Positions 10,669 to 25,000 of a stretch of DNA of 64,000 nt are shown piece after piece. The position numbers and the translations under genes are program-made. The notes beneath the pieces are model-generated. The model was not told where the DNA came from and did no database searches. It saw nothing but the letters and a program-made list of their open reading frames with translations. Source of the DNA: Podospora anserina. Lineage: Eukaryota. The stretch is taken from assembly GCA_017654855.1 (NCBI GenBank), contig CM030338.1, positions 2,976,001 through 3,040,000 of the forward strand. Reading direction: 5' to 3'. Within the stretch, counting starts at the first letter, position 1. Each line of letters starts with the position of its first letter.

Positions 10669-13600
10669 ATGCCTCCTAAGGGGAGTAGGCAGGCTACGCT
10701 GGGGTATGTATTGCCTGGTTGGGAGGAGGGGCGGTTGTTTTGTTGCGATTTATTGGGGCAGAGAGGACAGTTGGGACTGACTGAGTTGAACGGTACAGGA
10801 AATTCTTCACCCAGGCCAACGGCGCTGCGATTCCGGAGCCAAAGGTGGCGGCGCAAAATAAAACGCAGACGAAGTTAAGTTTTTCGACCAAGGTGGGGGG
10901 GGAGCAGAGCCCCAAGAGGAAGAAGAAGGATGAAGAGGAGGAGGTGAGTTCCGATGCTGAGGGGGGAGAGGAGGGGGGTAAACCGGTGGAGAAGAAGAAG
11001 AAACGGGGCCGGCCTGCTAAGGCTGCCATCATCACTACGACGGAAAAGAAGACGAGAAAGAAGGAGGTTGATGAGGATGGGGATGAGAGCATGGAGGATG
11101 CGGAACCTGCGCAGAAAAAAGCGAGGAAGGGGCGGAGGAGGGTGGTGAGGGATGAGGAGGATGGGGATGAGAGTATGGAGGATGCGCCGGCGCCGGTTGA
11201 GGATGGCAGGGTGTCCTCGCCGGAGGGGTATCAGTATGAGAAGGGGAGTGAGCCGAGGATGTTGAATGCGACGCCGAAGAAGAGGCAGGGAAAGAAGGTG
11301 AGACAGGATGAGAAGGAGTGGAATTTGGGGGTGGAGTCGCCGGAGGGGTATGATTATAAGGGTGGGAGTCCGCCGAAGCTTTTTAAGGGGGATAGGTTGG
11401 TTGCTGTTGGGGGGAAGAAGGTTGGGAAGGAGGAGGCGGGGAAGAAAGAGGGGGAGAAGGCCGGGAAGAAGGCGGTTGAGAAGGAGGAGGAGGAGGTTGT
11501 CAAGGAGGGAGAGGAGACGGCGTCGTCGGCTTCGGATGTGGAGATGGAGGAGGAGGAGGAGGAGGAGAAGCCGGAGGTGGTCAAGAAGGCGAGGCAGAAG
11601 GTGCAGGCTACGCTTAAGAGTGCTGATGAGCATCCTTTTCCTGATTGGAAGGCTGGGGAGCCGGTGCCGTATGCTGCTCTCTGCACTACGTTTTCGCTGG
11701 TGGAGCTCACGACGAAGAGGCTGGAGATTATGGCGCACTGTGCGCTGTTTTTGAGACAGGTTTTGAGGCTCACGCCGGATGATCTTTTGCCGGTGGTGCT
11801 GCTTATGATCAACAAGCTTGCTCCTGACTATGCGGGTATCGAGCTGGGCATCGGAGAGAGTTTGATCATGAAGGCTATCGGAGAGTCGACGGGCAGAAGT
11901 CTGGCGATTATCAAGCAGGATCAGAAGGAGATTGGTGATCTGGGCTTGGTGGCGGTCAAGAGCAGGTCGACGCAGCCGACCATGTTCAAACCAAAGCCAT
12001 TGACTGTTAGGGGTGTGCTGAAGGGGCTGATGGGCATTGCCACGACAACGGGCAATGGAGCTCAGGGGAGGAAGGTGGATGGGATCAAGAAACTGCTTTC
12101 CCAGGCTGATGCCAACGGGGCGAAGAAGGTTGATATCACCAAGGACAAGGGCGGGCCGAGTGAAGCCAAGTATCTGGTCAGGTTCCTGGAGGGGAAGCTG
12201 AGATTGGGTCTGGCGGAGAAGTCGGTCATTGTCAGTTTGTCACAGGCGGTGGTTGCGCACGAGGCGGCTCAAAAGGGGGTTGCGCCCAGTGCGGCTGACT
12301 TTGAGAAGGGCGAGGCGATCCTCAAGACTGTCTACAGCGAGCTGCCAAGCTACGATGTCATCATTCCGGCTATGGTTGAGCACGGGATCATGAACCTGAG
12401 GGATCACTGCAAGTTGAGACCTGGTGTTCCCCTCAAGCCCATGTTGGCCAATCCTACCAAGGCTATCACCGAGGTTCTGGACCGGTTTGAGAACAAGCTT
12501 TTCACTTGCGAGTACAAGTACGATGGTGAAAGAGCGCAGATTCACTATGTGGCCAAGGACACTGCTGAAGAGCTCAGCCAGTCGGCCGCGAATGCCAGCA
12601 AGGAGGTGGGTAATGGTGTGGCGGCGATCTTCTCGAGAAACTCGGAGGATCTGTCCAAGAAGTACCCTGACGTCTTGGCCAAGCTGTCTACTTGGGTCAA
12701 GGACGACACGAAGAGCTTTGTCTTGGACTGTGAGTCGGTTGCTTGGGATGTGGATGAGAAGAAGGTGTTGCCTTTCCAGCAGCTGATGACGCGCAAGAAG
12801 AAGGACGTCAAGATTGAGGAAGTCAAGGTCAAGGTTTGCGTCTTTGCGTTTGATCTGCTTTATCTGAACGGGGAGGCGGTGGTGAACAAGTCGCTCAGGG
12901 AGAGGAGGGAGCTGTTGCACAAGTCGTTTACTCCTGTCGAGGGCGAGTTTGCGTTTGCGACGTCGATGAATGGGCAGGAGCTGGATGAGATTCAGACGTT
13001 CTTGGATGAGTCGGTCAAGGCTTCGTGTGAGGGGTTGATGGTGAAGATGCTGGATGGGGAGGAGAGTGGGTATGAGCCTAGTAAGAGGTCGAGGAATTGG
13101 TTGAAGGTGTGTTTGGTCTTGCATTCCACATCGTCACAGGCGAGCAAAAGTGTGCTAATGTAAAACAGATCAAGAAAGACTACCTCGCCGGCATCGGCGA
13201 CTCGCTCGACCTCGTCGTCCTCGGTGCCTACTTTGGCAAGGGCAAGCGCACCTCTGTCTACGGCGCCTTTTTGCTGGCGTGCTACAACCCCGGCACGGAC
13301 ATGTACGAAACGGTCTGCAACATTGGCACCGGCTTCAGCGAGGCTGTGCTCGAGGAGCTGCATGCCCAGCTCTCCAAGATCACGATTGATCGCCCCAAGC
13401 CGTTTTACGCCCACAGCAGCGGGGGCCAGCACCAGCCGGACGTGTGGTTTGAACCTAAATATGTCTGGGAGGTCAAGACGGCGGACTTGACGCTGAGCCC
13501 GAGGTACAAGGCGGGGATGAAGGAGGGGGTTGACCCGACCGGGGAGAAGGGGATCAGCTTGAGGTTTCCGAGGTTTATCAAGGTGAGGGATGACAAGAAG

Positions 13601-13705
13601 CCGGACGAGGCGACGAGCAGTCGGCAGGTGGCGGAGATGTATCGGAAGCAGGAGAGTGTGAGTAAGAGCAAGGGGCCGAGTGTGGATGATGATTTTGAGT
13701 ATTAG
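10669..13705 (+). CDS. CDC9: DNA ligase I; exons 10669-10703, 10799-13106, 13169-13705 (959 aa from the AUG)
   Basis: PIP box QATLG|KFF across intron 1; adenylation motif EYKYDGERAQIH; CEGLMVK; RSRNWLK|IKKDYL; SLRFPRFIKVRDDK. Confidence 0.97.
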
Positions 13706-14733
13706 GTACTCATTGGAGGAGGGGTGTTTCTTGTTGTATAATCTTTTCGTCTTCATCATAAAAGTGAGGCATGGGAGTTTAGATGATAATCAGTCGTTGA
13801 TATTGAGAGTTGTGGTGGTGTTTTTTTTTTTTTTTTTTTTTTTTTTTGGTGTTTGCATGTCTATGATTGTTTTGCATGTGTGGTGTAGTGGTCATTATCA
13901 ATATTCTATTTAGCTTTGGGATATATGGATGCCATGAACTTGATTAACACCAGCTTGAGAGGTGGTGTTGATGAAAATATGGTGGTTTCTTTTGGTTTTT
14001 TTTTCAGTTTTGGGCATTTTTGGTTTTTGGCAAAGTGTAGTATGTATGGTCATGCCTGACAAGAAAAAGAAAAAAGAGGAACTGGTGTCTACTTTAGTTT
14101 TTCTACATCAATTGATGGAGGTATCTTACCTTTGGGGAGGTCGGTAGGTAAATGGTAGGAGTTGGGTAACGGGGTTTGGGAAGGATATTTATGACGATTG
14201 AAAGGGGTTGGTGATGCTGAGAATGAGGTGAGCGGTGATTTTGGTGGAACATATCAAGGGAAGGGTGTAGATAAGAGAGGAGGAGAAAACATGGCGGGTT
14301 GTGAGATGAGTGAAGGCTTGCTGATATACCTTTTACCGAGTGTGAAATGACACTCGGGGTTTGGTGTGCTGTGGTAGTCAACTCATGAAAATAGTATAAA
14401 AAGACAAAAATTTGTTCTTGTCCAATTCACCAGTGTGCTTTGTTGATGAAGGGGTCTCTCTGGGAGAACTTTGCGATGTATGTTTCCCTGTGACACCTCA
14501 CAGACATGATCATAAAGTAGGGGTGATGTTGGTATAATCAGTTGTAATGTTACATGCCTCTTTCTCTTTTGTACATGCAGCGAATAAAGCCACGGGCTGT
14601 CTCTCTCTCTTTTTAATACATCATCACACATGTTGTTGGTCTTGCCCAACCCATCCAACCTCTCCTCTTCCTCTCCCAGTCAGATATAGCAAGACCATTC
14701 TTTCAAACAATCCAAATCCCCCACTTCCCCTCC

Positions 14734-15426
14734 TTACTCCATCACCACAGTAGCACCCAACTCCTTCATCGTCGCGACAATCTTCTCGGCCTCGTCCTTT
14801 GGTACCGACTCCTTCATGAGCTTGGGCGCGCTCTCGACAAACTTCTTGGAGTCTACTAGGGAGAGACCGAGCAGGTTCTTGACCTCCTTGATGACCTTGG
14901 GCTTGGCGCCGGCGTCGAAGGCCATGAGCTTGACGGAGAAGAGGGTCTTTTCGGCGGCGGCCGGGGCGGCGTCCTCGGCTTCTTCGACGGCAGCGGGGGC
15001 GGCGGCTGGGGCGGCGGCGGCAGCGAAGCCACCGACGGGGAGGTCGGGGATGTTGAGGCGGGACTATAGGTAGGGAAGGAAAGAAAAAGGCCACGTTAGT
15101 GACATGGTCTTCTTGTAATGTAGTCCCGTTCCGGTTATTGAATTCGGTTATCGGTGGTGGTAATTTGATATTGCCCCTCCAACCGTGCATATAATCCCCT
15201 CCTGGGAACATAATCCTACCTTCAAGCTCGCAACAAGGTCGGCCGTCTCCAAGAGGGTCAATTGGCTAATCTGGTCGACGATGGCCGAGATCTTGGGGCT
15301 GGTCTCGGTTGAGTTGTATCTCCTTTGGAGGGCCACGGCGGAGGAGGTACGGAGGGGTGTTCTGACGACGGTGGTGCGGAGCTGGCGGGCGCAGGATTGC
15401 GCGGCGTATCTGCACGAGACGGACAT
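14734..15426 (-). CDS. MNP1: Mitochondrial ribosomal protein bL12m (L7/L12); exons 15426-15220, 15063-14734
   Basis: Presequence followed by [29 protein letters not shown]-terminal [28 protein letters not shown]. Confidence 0.93.
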
Positions 15427-16000
15427 TTTGATCTGGATTGTGAAGTGAGAGGTTCGAGGTGGTGAGCTTGTGGGTGGCTACGGCCGTGCTGGTTCTCTTC
15501 CGTCTTCGTCGTCGTCGTGAATCCCGGAGATTTTTTCGCCCGTCGTTGAACGAAAAGTTCTGGCTGGCGGTTGATTGGCTGGGAAGCTTGGGCGCAGGGG
15601 TGTTCGTCTGGAGAGCTTGGCAATACGATGTTTAAGAAAGCTTGGGCCATCTGCTCTGTACCTTAAAAGTCTTGCACTGGAGCAAAATAAATCCGGTGTG
15701 CTGAAGGGCGCTGTTTTGGCGCTGTGACAAGGGACGGCTTCAGTGCCCGGTGTGGTGCGCTGTGTGGGTCACCCCCAGTCGCTGAAATGTTGCAGGTGGG
15801 CACTGGCCGCTCATGCATGGAGGTCGAGAATTTGGAGACTCGGGCCCTTGCCCCACCTTTTTTTTTTTGGCGATTTGGAGAAGGTGAAGAAAAAAAAAGT
15901 TGGGATAAGGAACGACATTTTTTGATAGTAGCAAACAAGTCTTTTGTTTTACAAGACTTGATACAAACAATTCCACGCCATTTTCGACGGATCCTCGATC

Positions 16001-19000
16001 ATGGCCACCATCGACGTGAGCCTGCAGAGACAGTCTCTGCTCCGAGACGCGGCCACGCTCCAATTCCTGCCGCGGGAACTGGTCCTTATCATCCAGGACC
16101 ACCACACTCACTCGAGCCAGCTCTTAGAGGCCATCGCGACGGCCGCCCTCATTGCGCCCGCCACAGACAGGATATTCGCCCACTTGGACAGCTGTTTTGC
16201 CGACATCTGCGCCAGATGGGTCTTGTCCCACCCAAAGCTCGATGTAAAAGTTTTTGCGTCGTTTGCCAGGATCTTGCCGTTTGCACCGGCTCTGTCTGTG
16301 TTTCTTACATCGCATATTCAAGGTGGAGGAGGAGGAGCCGGAGGACTGAGACCAGGACAGCAAATACTCGACCACCTTGACTTGACATCGTTTAGTGATA
16401 TCGACCTCCCCATTATTCTCCTCGCCTTATGGAGACTCAATAATTTTGACAAGAGAACTTATTCACCACTCTCGAGCCCGTCACAGCTCCAGTCTCTGTT
16501 CACCACCCATGCCAACCCTGCAGTGAGATGTCTCGCCATCCGGATTTTCTGCCAGCTCCACGATGCCTCGGACCAGAAGCTGGAGGCTTTGTTCACCAAA
16601 TACATTGCCAAGGACACCAGCCTGATTGCGGATTTGGACGGGAGAAGGGCGGATTATTCGTTTCTGAGCCTGTATGAGGATGCGAGGAGCCAAGAGGTCC
16701 AGCGCCTTCGCAGTAGTATCCAGACTGAGCAGCAGCAACAGCAAGAAGGACCGGTTGCTCCAGTAATTCAAAATCTTACCCCCCTTGTTGTCACATATGG
16801 CAAGACTGTCCTTCCACGGCCCCTCGGTCCTGTGAACACGCCAAGTACTCTCGCGCTCACTTCGACGACGGTGGAAAATCTCGAGAATCTCGGCAGGCTT
16901 TTGCAGAAGCCAGGTCCCGTTTTGCTCCATGGTCTGTCCGGTGCGGGCAAGACATCGTTGGTTCAGGAGGTTGCGAGGGAGTTGGGGAAGCAGGGTGAGA
17001 TGGTCACGCTGCATCTGAACGAGCAGACGGACGCCAAGATGCTTCTTGGCTTGTACACGACAGATGAGAAGCCCGGTTCCTTCTCGTGGCGCCCAGGTGT
17101 TTTGACGACAGCGGTCAGGGAAGGAAGATGGGTCTTGATTGAGGACCTGGATCGTGCGCCGACCGAGGTTATGAGCACGCTGCTGCCCCTTATTGAGCGT
17201 GGAGAGCTTCTGATTCCGGGGCGTGGGGAGAGGATACAGGCTGCCAGAGGGTTCCGGATGTTTGCGACGGTTCGGACGTTGATGGGAATGAACGACAAGG
17301 AGAATCTACCGAATATGATTGGGCAGCGGTTGTGGCAGTTGCTGCATATCAAGGCTCTTCCGAGGGATGACTTGAGGGAGGTCATCGTTGGGAGATATCC
17401 GTTGCTGCACAAGTATACGGTTGGGATTTTGGCCGTTTTCGACAGGCTGGTTGCTTCGACGAGTGGTTCTTCGAGGCTGTCTCTTGGGCGGACGGTGTTG
17501 GACCGGCCCTTTGGTACGAGAGATCTTTTGAAGTGGTGCGGGAGATTGGACGATATCCTGCGCTCGGCTGGTGTCAAGACTGGGGAGGAGCCCGTCACGG
17601 ATACTACGAGAGACCGGATGTTCCTGGAGGCTGTGGACTGTTTCGTCAGCAACATTCATGAAATTGCTGCTCGCGATCTGTTGATTCAAGCTATTGCCAA
17701 GGAGATGCATCTTTCCCCTGAACGCGTTCGGCATTATCTCTCACATTACATCCCCGATATGGTGGACTCCGAGTCGCGGCTGACGATTGGCCGTGCCTCT
17801 TTTGTCAAGTCACGGAGGTCTGGCAGGATCACCAAGTCAAAGAGACCTTTCGCTACTACCGTTCATGCCAAGAGGCTGCTCGAGCAGATTGCCGTTGCTG
17901 TCAAGCACCGTGAGCCCCTTTTGCTCGTCGGTGAGACCGGCATCGGTAAGACTACGGTGGTTCAGCAACTTGCCGAGTCGCTCGGTCACCAGCTCGTTGC
18001 CGTCAATTTGTCTCAACAAAGCGAAGCCAGTGATTTGCTTGGTGGTTTCAAGCCGGTCAGCGCCCAAAGTCTTGCCATGCCCATCAAGGAGGAGTTTGAG
18101 GATCTTCTTGAGAAGACCGGTGTCTCTGCTGAGAAGAACAGGGAATATCTCGATCGTATTGCCAAGAGATTTGTCAGGGGCAAGTGGAGAGAAGTCTCCA
18201 AGGAGTGGCGGAAGGCTCCCAAGATGTTTGAGGCTATTCTTGAGAAGCTGGAGAGCGCCCAGACCAAAGATGAGCCAGCCGAGGAGCAGCCAGCCAAGCG
18301 TCGCAAGACTGGGTCGACAAAGCTGCAACGGTTGCGTGACTTGAGACCTCGCTGGGATACCTTTTCTCAAAGTCTTGATCAGTTCGATAGGCAGGTTGCC
18401 AGCGGGGGTGCTTTCGCCTTTGCCTTTGTCGAGGGCAAGATTGTCAAGGCTGCCAGGAATGGCGACTGGATTCTCCTGGACGAAATCAACCTTGCTTCGG
18501 CCGACACGCTGGAGAGCATTGCTGGTCTCTTCCAGACGACACCCTCTCTTCTTCTCTCAGAGACGGGAGAAATCGAGAGGATCCAGGCACATCCAAACTT
18601 TCGTGTTTTCGGCGCCATGAACCCAGCCACCGATGTGGGCAAGCGAGATCTCCCACTCGGTCTGAGATCTCGCTTCACCGAGATATATGTTCAGAGCCCC
18701 GATCGGGATAAGAAGGATTTGCTTACCATCATCAAGACTTATCTGAAGGGCAACAACAGCACCATTGACCGTTTGGCTGATGATGTTGCTGATTTGTATC
18801 TTGAGATCAAGCAGAGGGCAGAGGCGAAGCAGTTGGTCGACCAGGCCAGTGAGGTTCCTCACTTCAGTTTGCGTACCCTGACGCGGGTCCTGACATACGC
18901 CAACGATGTGGCTCCTGTGTATGGACTCGACCGTGCCTTGTATGAGGGTTTCTGCATGTGCTTTACTACTCTGCTCAGCGAGGAGTCGGAGCGCACAGTC

Positions 19001-22000
19001 AGGCCGCTTATCCACCAGCATCTCCTCAAGAAGTCCAATATTCTCACTCAACCACCGAAGAGGCCCCTCGATGGAAAGCCTTATATCTCCTTCAAGAACA
19101 GGGACAAGAACCATGAGTACTTTTTGCTCCAAGGCAACCACGAGCCCATTGTGCGAGACGACTACATCATCACTCGCTACGTTGAGCGCAATCTCCTCAA
19201 CCTTGTCCGCGCCACCTCTACTCGGAGGTACCCCATCCTCATCCAAGGTCCCACATCCGCAGGTAAAACAAGCATGATTGAGTACTTGGCCAACTACACT
19301 GGCAACAAGTTTGTCCGCATCAACAACCACGAGCACACCGATCTCCAAGAATACCTGGGCACTTATGTCTCTGACTCGGAAGGCAAGCTCAGGTTCCAGG
19401 AGGGTTTGCTCGTCCAGGCCATGCGGGAAGGCTCCTGGATCGTGCTCGACGAGCTGAACCTGGCGCCTACCGATGTCCTCGAAGCTCTCAACCGCCTGTT
19501 GGACGACAACAGGGAGCTGCTCATCCCCGAAACTCAAGAGATTGTCCGGCCGGCAGAGAACTTTTGTTTGTTCGCCACGCAGAATCCCCCTGGCTTGTAC
19601 GGTGGCCGCAAAGTCTTGTCCCGCGCTTTCAGAAACAGATTCTTGGAGCTTCACTTTGATGATATTCCAGAAAGCGAACTCAAAGAGATTTTGCAGCAGA
19701 GAAGCAGGAACACGGCACCTTCTGACTGCGGGAGAATCGTCAACGTTTACAAGCAGCTCACCCGCCTCCGTCAGGAGTCCCGTGTTTTTGAGCAAAAGAA
19801 CTCTTTTGCTACGCTGAGAGATTTGTTCAGGTGGGCTCTTAGAGAGTCGGAGACACGACAGGAGATCGCCGAGCATGGCTACATGCTTTTGGCTGAGAGA
19901 GTCCGCAAGCCGGAGGAGAGGGACGAGGTGAGGAAGGTTATCGAGCAGGAGTTCAGGGTCACTATTGACTCGGCCAAGCTGTATGATCTTGACACTGCGC
20001 CTGAGCTGAGAAATGTCAAGGCAAGGAATAGCCAGGGGGTTATCTGGACGAGGGCGATGAGGCGGTTGTATGTTTTGGTCAAGAGGGCGATCAAGAACAA
20101 TGAGCCGGTTTTGCTGGTGGGTGAGACGGGTTGTGGTAAGACGACTGTGGTGCAGTTGCTGGCCGAGTTTGAGGGGCAGGGGTTGCATATTGTGAATGCG
20201 CATCAGAATACGGAGACGGGGGATTTGATTGGTAGTCAGAGGCCGGTGAGGAATAGGGGGGCGGTTGTGGATGCTCTGTTCCGGGATTTGGAGGAGCTGG
20301 CGGGTTTGCTTGGGAGGGAGAGGGGGGCTTTGGAGGAGTTGCAGGAGTGGTATAGGACTCTGCCGGCTGAGGAGCTGGCGAGGGTTCCGGAGGCGTTGAG
20401 GGCAAAGATTCATGCTGGGATCACGAGAAGCAAGGCCCTGTTTGAGTGGAGTGACGGTAGTCTTGTTCATGCCATGAGGGAGGGCAGCTACTTTCTTCTT
20501 GATGAGATTTCTCTCGCAGATGACTCGGTCCTGGAGCGTCTCAACTCGGTCCTTGAGCCTCAGCGCACGCTTCTTTTGGCCGAGAAGGGCGTCGACGACT
20601 CTTTTGTTCAGGGCACCGAGGGCTTCCAGTTCTTTGCTACCATGAACCCCGGTGGCGACTTTGGAAAGAAGGAGCTTTCTCCGGCTTTGCGCAACCGTTT
20701 CACTGAGATTTGGGTGCCCGCCTTTTCGGATGTGGAGGATGTTCATGACATTGTCGTCTCCAAACTCGACAAGAGATTCAAGCAGGGGAAGAGCACCAAG
20801 TCGAAGCCTGTCTCCCAGATCATCGTCGAGTTCGCTTATTGGTTTGGCAAAACCTTCCGTCCTTCTTCGGCTACTGCTTTCTCGGTCAGAGATATCCTCT
20901 CCTGGGTCCAGTTCATGAACACGTGCCCCTTCAAATCCACTGATCTCGCCCTTCTTCACGGTGCGGCCATGGTGTTTATCGACACCATCGGTGCCAACCC
21001 TTCCGCTCTCATCTCGGTCGACCCCAAGGAGATGGCCTCACAGCGCCAGCAATGTCTCGAGCAGCTTGGTGCTCTTTGCGGCAAGGACCTCAGCCAACTG
21101 TACTTTCAAGAGCCAGAACTCGAGATCACCCCCGGAGCTCTCTCCATCGGCGATTTTGGTGTCGAGAGGTCCGAGGCTGCCAAGCTTGATGCCGGTGATG
21201 AGTTTGCCGTTCCCACCACCAAGATGAATGCCATGCGCGTGATTAGAGCGCTGCAAGGGACGAAGCCGATTTTGCTGGAGGGTAACCCTGGTGTGGGCAA
21301 GACTACGTTGATTACGGCTTTGGCGAGGGCTTGTGGACGGCCGCTGACGAGGATCAACCTGAGTGATCAGACAGATCTGATGGATCTGTTTGGTACGGAT
21401 GTGCCGGTGGAGGGGGCGGAGGCGGGTAATTTTGTCTGGCAGAATGCGCCGTTTTTGGAGGCGATGCAGAAAGGGGAGTGGGTCTTGTTGGATGTAAGTG
21501 ACACTGTTTTGGATCAGGGATAGGGGGGCTGTGACTGACATGATTTTACAGGAAATGAACTTGGCTTCTCAGACGGTTCTGGAGGGTCTGAACGCCTGTC
21601 TTGACCATCGTGGAGAGGTGTACATTGCCGAACTGGACCAGGTTTTCAAGCGCCATCCCGACTTCAAGCTGTTTGCTGCCCAGAATCCTCATCACCAGGG
21701 CGGTGGTCGTAAGGGTCTTCCTAGTTCGTTTGTCAACCGTTTCACTGTGGTCTACTCGGACGTCTTCACCAAGGAGGATTTGCTTCATATTACGGCCAAG
21801 AAGTTCGCCAAGATTGGGGAGGATACTCAGCATCGTCTTATTGAGTTTATGTCGAAGCTTGATGATGAGGTTGTTGGCAGACGGTCGTTTGGTGCGCTCG
21901 GGTCTCCGTGGGAGTTCAACTTGCGTGATACCCTTCGCTGGGGCGATTTGTTGACTTCCGACAAAGCCCTCTTGGCCGACCGCAAGCCGGATGACTATCT

Positions 22001-25000
22001 TGATGTCATTATTCGACAGCGTTTCCGGTCGGAGCGTGACCGTGAGGCGGTCAACAAGCTCTTTGCTGAGATCTTTGAGCGGATGCCTGAGCAGCATGGC
22101 CTGTACCATGATATCAATCCCTATTTCTGCCAGGTCGGGCTTGCTACCATCAAGCGGAATGCGCTGTCGCAGCCGACGCATTTCCCGGCGATTGATCCAA
22201 TTGCCAGGCTCAAGGAGATTGAGTCGATTTTGATTGCTATTGAGCAGGACCTGCCGTGTATCTTGGTTGGTCCTTCGGGCAGTGGGAAGTCGTCTCTTTT
22301 GGCCCACGTTGCGGCTTTGGCTGGTAAGCCTATGGTCATCTTCCCGCTTAATGCGGATGTCGATGCCATGGATCTTATTGGTGGCTTTGAGCAGGCTGAT
22401 CCTCACCGTGAGGTGCAAGCGGCGTTGTCCAGGTTCAGACAGGCTCTTCAGGACCAGATTCTCAACACTCTGCCAAACATGGTGGCGCGTGTGGCTCTAG
22501 ATGTGTTGACTACCTTGGGGTCCTCCTTTACCGGGGAGGCTCATCAGTATGAGACTCTTCTGCCCCTCATCGAGAGCCTTCAGGTCGATCCAGCTGTCAA
22601 CCAGGAGCTCGCCACTCTTTTGGATCAGGCAAAGGAGGCTTTGCACAAGCCGTTGACGCTCGAGAACCCGAGATTCGAGTGGCTTGATGGTGTCATTGTT
22701 CGGGCTGTCGAGACTGGCGCTTGGTTGGTCCTCGATAATGCCAACCTTTGCAGTGCTTCTGTGCTGGACAGACTGAACTCGCTCTTGGAACGGCCGAATG
22801 GTATCCTCAGCATCAATGAGCACAGTGGTCCGGGTGGTGAGCCGAGGATTATTAAGCCCCATCCTGATTTTAGGATTTTCCTGACGGTCGATCCGAGGTA
22901 TGGAGAGCTGTCGAGGGCTATGAGGAATCGTTCGGTGGAGATTTATCTTGATGTTCTTCCTGCTGGGACAAGTGTTGTTGTTGAGAGGATTGCACCTGTT
23001 GATGGGACGCTTCAGAGATACCATACTGCTGCGAAGTTGGCGTCGTCTCAGGGTACCGAAGAGGGACAGCTTATCCCTTGGGCGTTTGATGTCATCTCTC
23101 TTGGAGACAGCAGCCGTCTTGATGCTTACATCAACATCATCCGCGAGGCTCTCAGCGATGGCTCGCCATCTCCTGTTCAGTCACCCGACGTCCTGCAACA
23201 TCTTGACCTGCTCTTGTCTTACATCCACCATGAAGACGCCGGTGAACTCCGCCAGGCCATCGCGGGGTTGTACACCCCGTCCCCGGACAAGATGCTCATG
23301 CCTCTTCACCCGTTGATCAACTCCCCTATGATGCCGCTCCTGGACCAAGCCCGCGAGGGACTCACCTGCTGGCTGGCAGTCTGCTACGAGCTCTTTATCG
23401 ACATCCAAAAAGCAGAAAAAGCCATGGCTGGCCAACTCTCCAAGGTCAACGTCAGCAAGCCATCCTCGTTGAACCGCCTGCAGAGGTCGTTTGTCGCGGA
23501 CAAGGTCGCTTCCCTCGCCAAGGACTCCACGGTCAACTCTGTCCGGTTTTTGGCGTCGGTTGCCAAGGCGATCAAGGGGTACATCTCCACCAGCACTGCC
23601 GAACCTGGAAACTGGAAACAGCGCCGCGCTATCCTCCGCCGCGTGGTCCTCTTTTGGAAGAGGACATTCTCCTTCCTCATTGCGTCTCAGTTTGAGGAAG
23701 CGAGATTCCAGTCCCATTTGACTCAGGGTGCTAACCTCCTCCGCCGATCTCTTGCCATGGCTGGTCGAGATGATGAGGGGATTCGGAAACTACTTGTCTC
23801 GATTGGGGAATTTCTCGAGCGGGACTTTGTCGTTGGGTTCAAGCTTGTGACAGGTCTCTCCATGGAGACGATGTGGCGGGCTTTACGTCCTGATCCTATT
23901 GCTGACCAGGCTACGCTTGAGCAAGTGATGGAGCTGGAGAGGTTGGCGGATAGGTTTGATGAGATGAGGTGGAGGGTTGATGTTGATATCGCCACCCTGA
24001 GAACAGTTCAGGATTCCATGGCGAGGATCTATGCTGTTGTTCGCACGGGGAAGGTGGATGGTGCCTCTCTCGTCAAGGACCTCCAACAGGAGATTTCTGC
24101 GTTGGAGGCAAAGATTGGGGTGCACTCTGCCGCTCACGAGCCCTTTTTCGCGAGTAGTTTTGAGGGGTTGAGGCAGGTGGGGGTGTTGCATAGGATATCA
24201 ACCGGGGGGAGGATCGGGGAGGGGAGTGGTGATGTGGATGTTTTGTCGAGCTTGCCTACTGCCAGTCTGATGAGGATTCAGTGTATGAAGGGGACGGGTT
24301 TGCAGGGGGTGGATTGTGTTCTTGCGCAACAGGGACAGGGGAGTGAGGTGGTGCACCCTTGGGAGGGGGAGCTTTCAAAGGCGTTGTTGAGGAGGTATGA
24401 GGCTGCGGCTTCGGCGAGTTTGGGCCAGCTGAGGAGTTTGGAGGTGGAGATGCCTATCATGGGGCGGGCGTTGGCGGGGGCGAGTGAGGCGCTTGCTGCT
24501 GATCCTCTTGGGAAGGCGGAGGGGCTTTTGGTGAGGTTGATGGATGAGGTGATGAGTGCTCATGACCCGTCCCGGAAAGGGGGAGTGGAGGTATTGTTTG
24601 AGAGTTTGGTCAAGGGGGCTAGGATGGGGGCGGTGGAGTTGGGGGAGCTGGGGGGGTGGTTGGAGCAGAGTGAGCAGCTTCAGATGATAGAGGGGGGAGA
24701 TTGGCCGGGGCATGTGGTGGAGGTTTTCAGAGGCCACTTTGCAAAGGCTTTGTTGGCGCTGGTGGCGGCGAGGAAGGGGTTGCAGCCTAGGTCGGCGTTT
24801 GCGAGCATTGCGTGGGTGAGGTTTGCGCTGGGGTGTGTGACGCTTTTTGTGCCGGATAAGATCTTTGATCCGCATCATCGGGCGCAGATTGAGGCCGAGG
24901 AGCATCATGAGCTTTACGTGGGTCTTCAGAGGGAGATTGCTGCTCTTGAGGCCTTTGAGGTGGCGTTTACCGGGCAGAAGACGGGCATCCGATTGAAAGC

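Noticed and set aside
18557-20959. 800-aa antisense ORF and other long antisense ORFs within midasin, CDC9 and GT90
   Set aside because: Shadow ORFs expected from codon bias on the coding strand; no recognisable domains.
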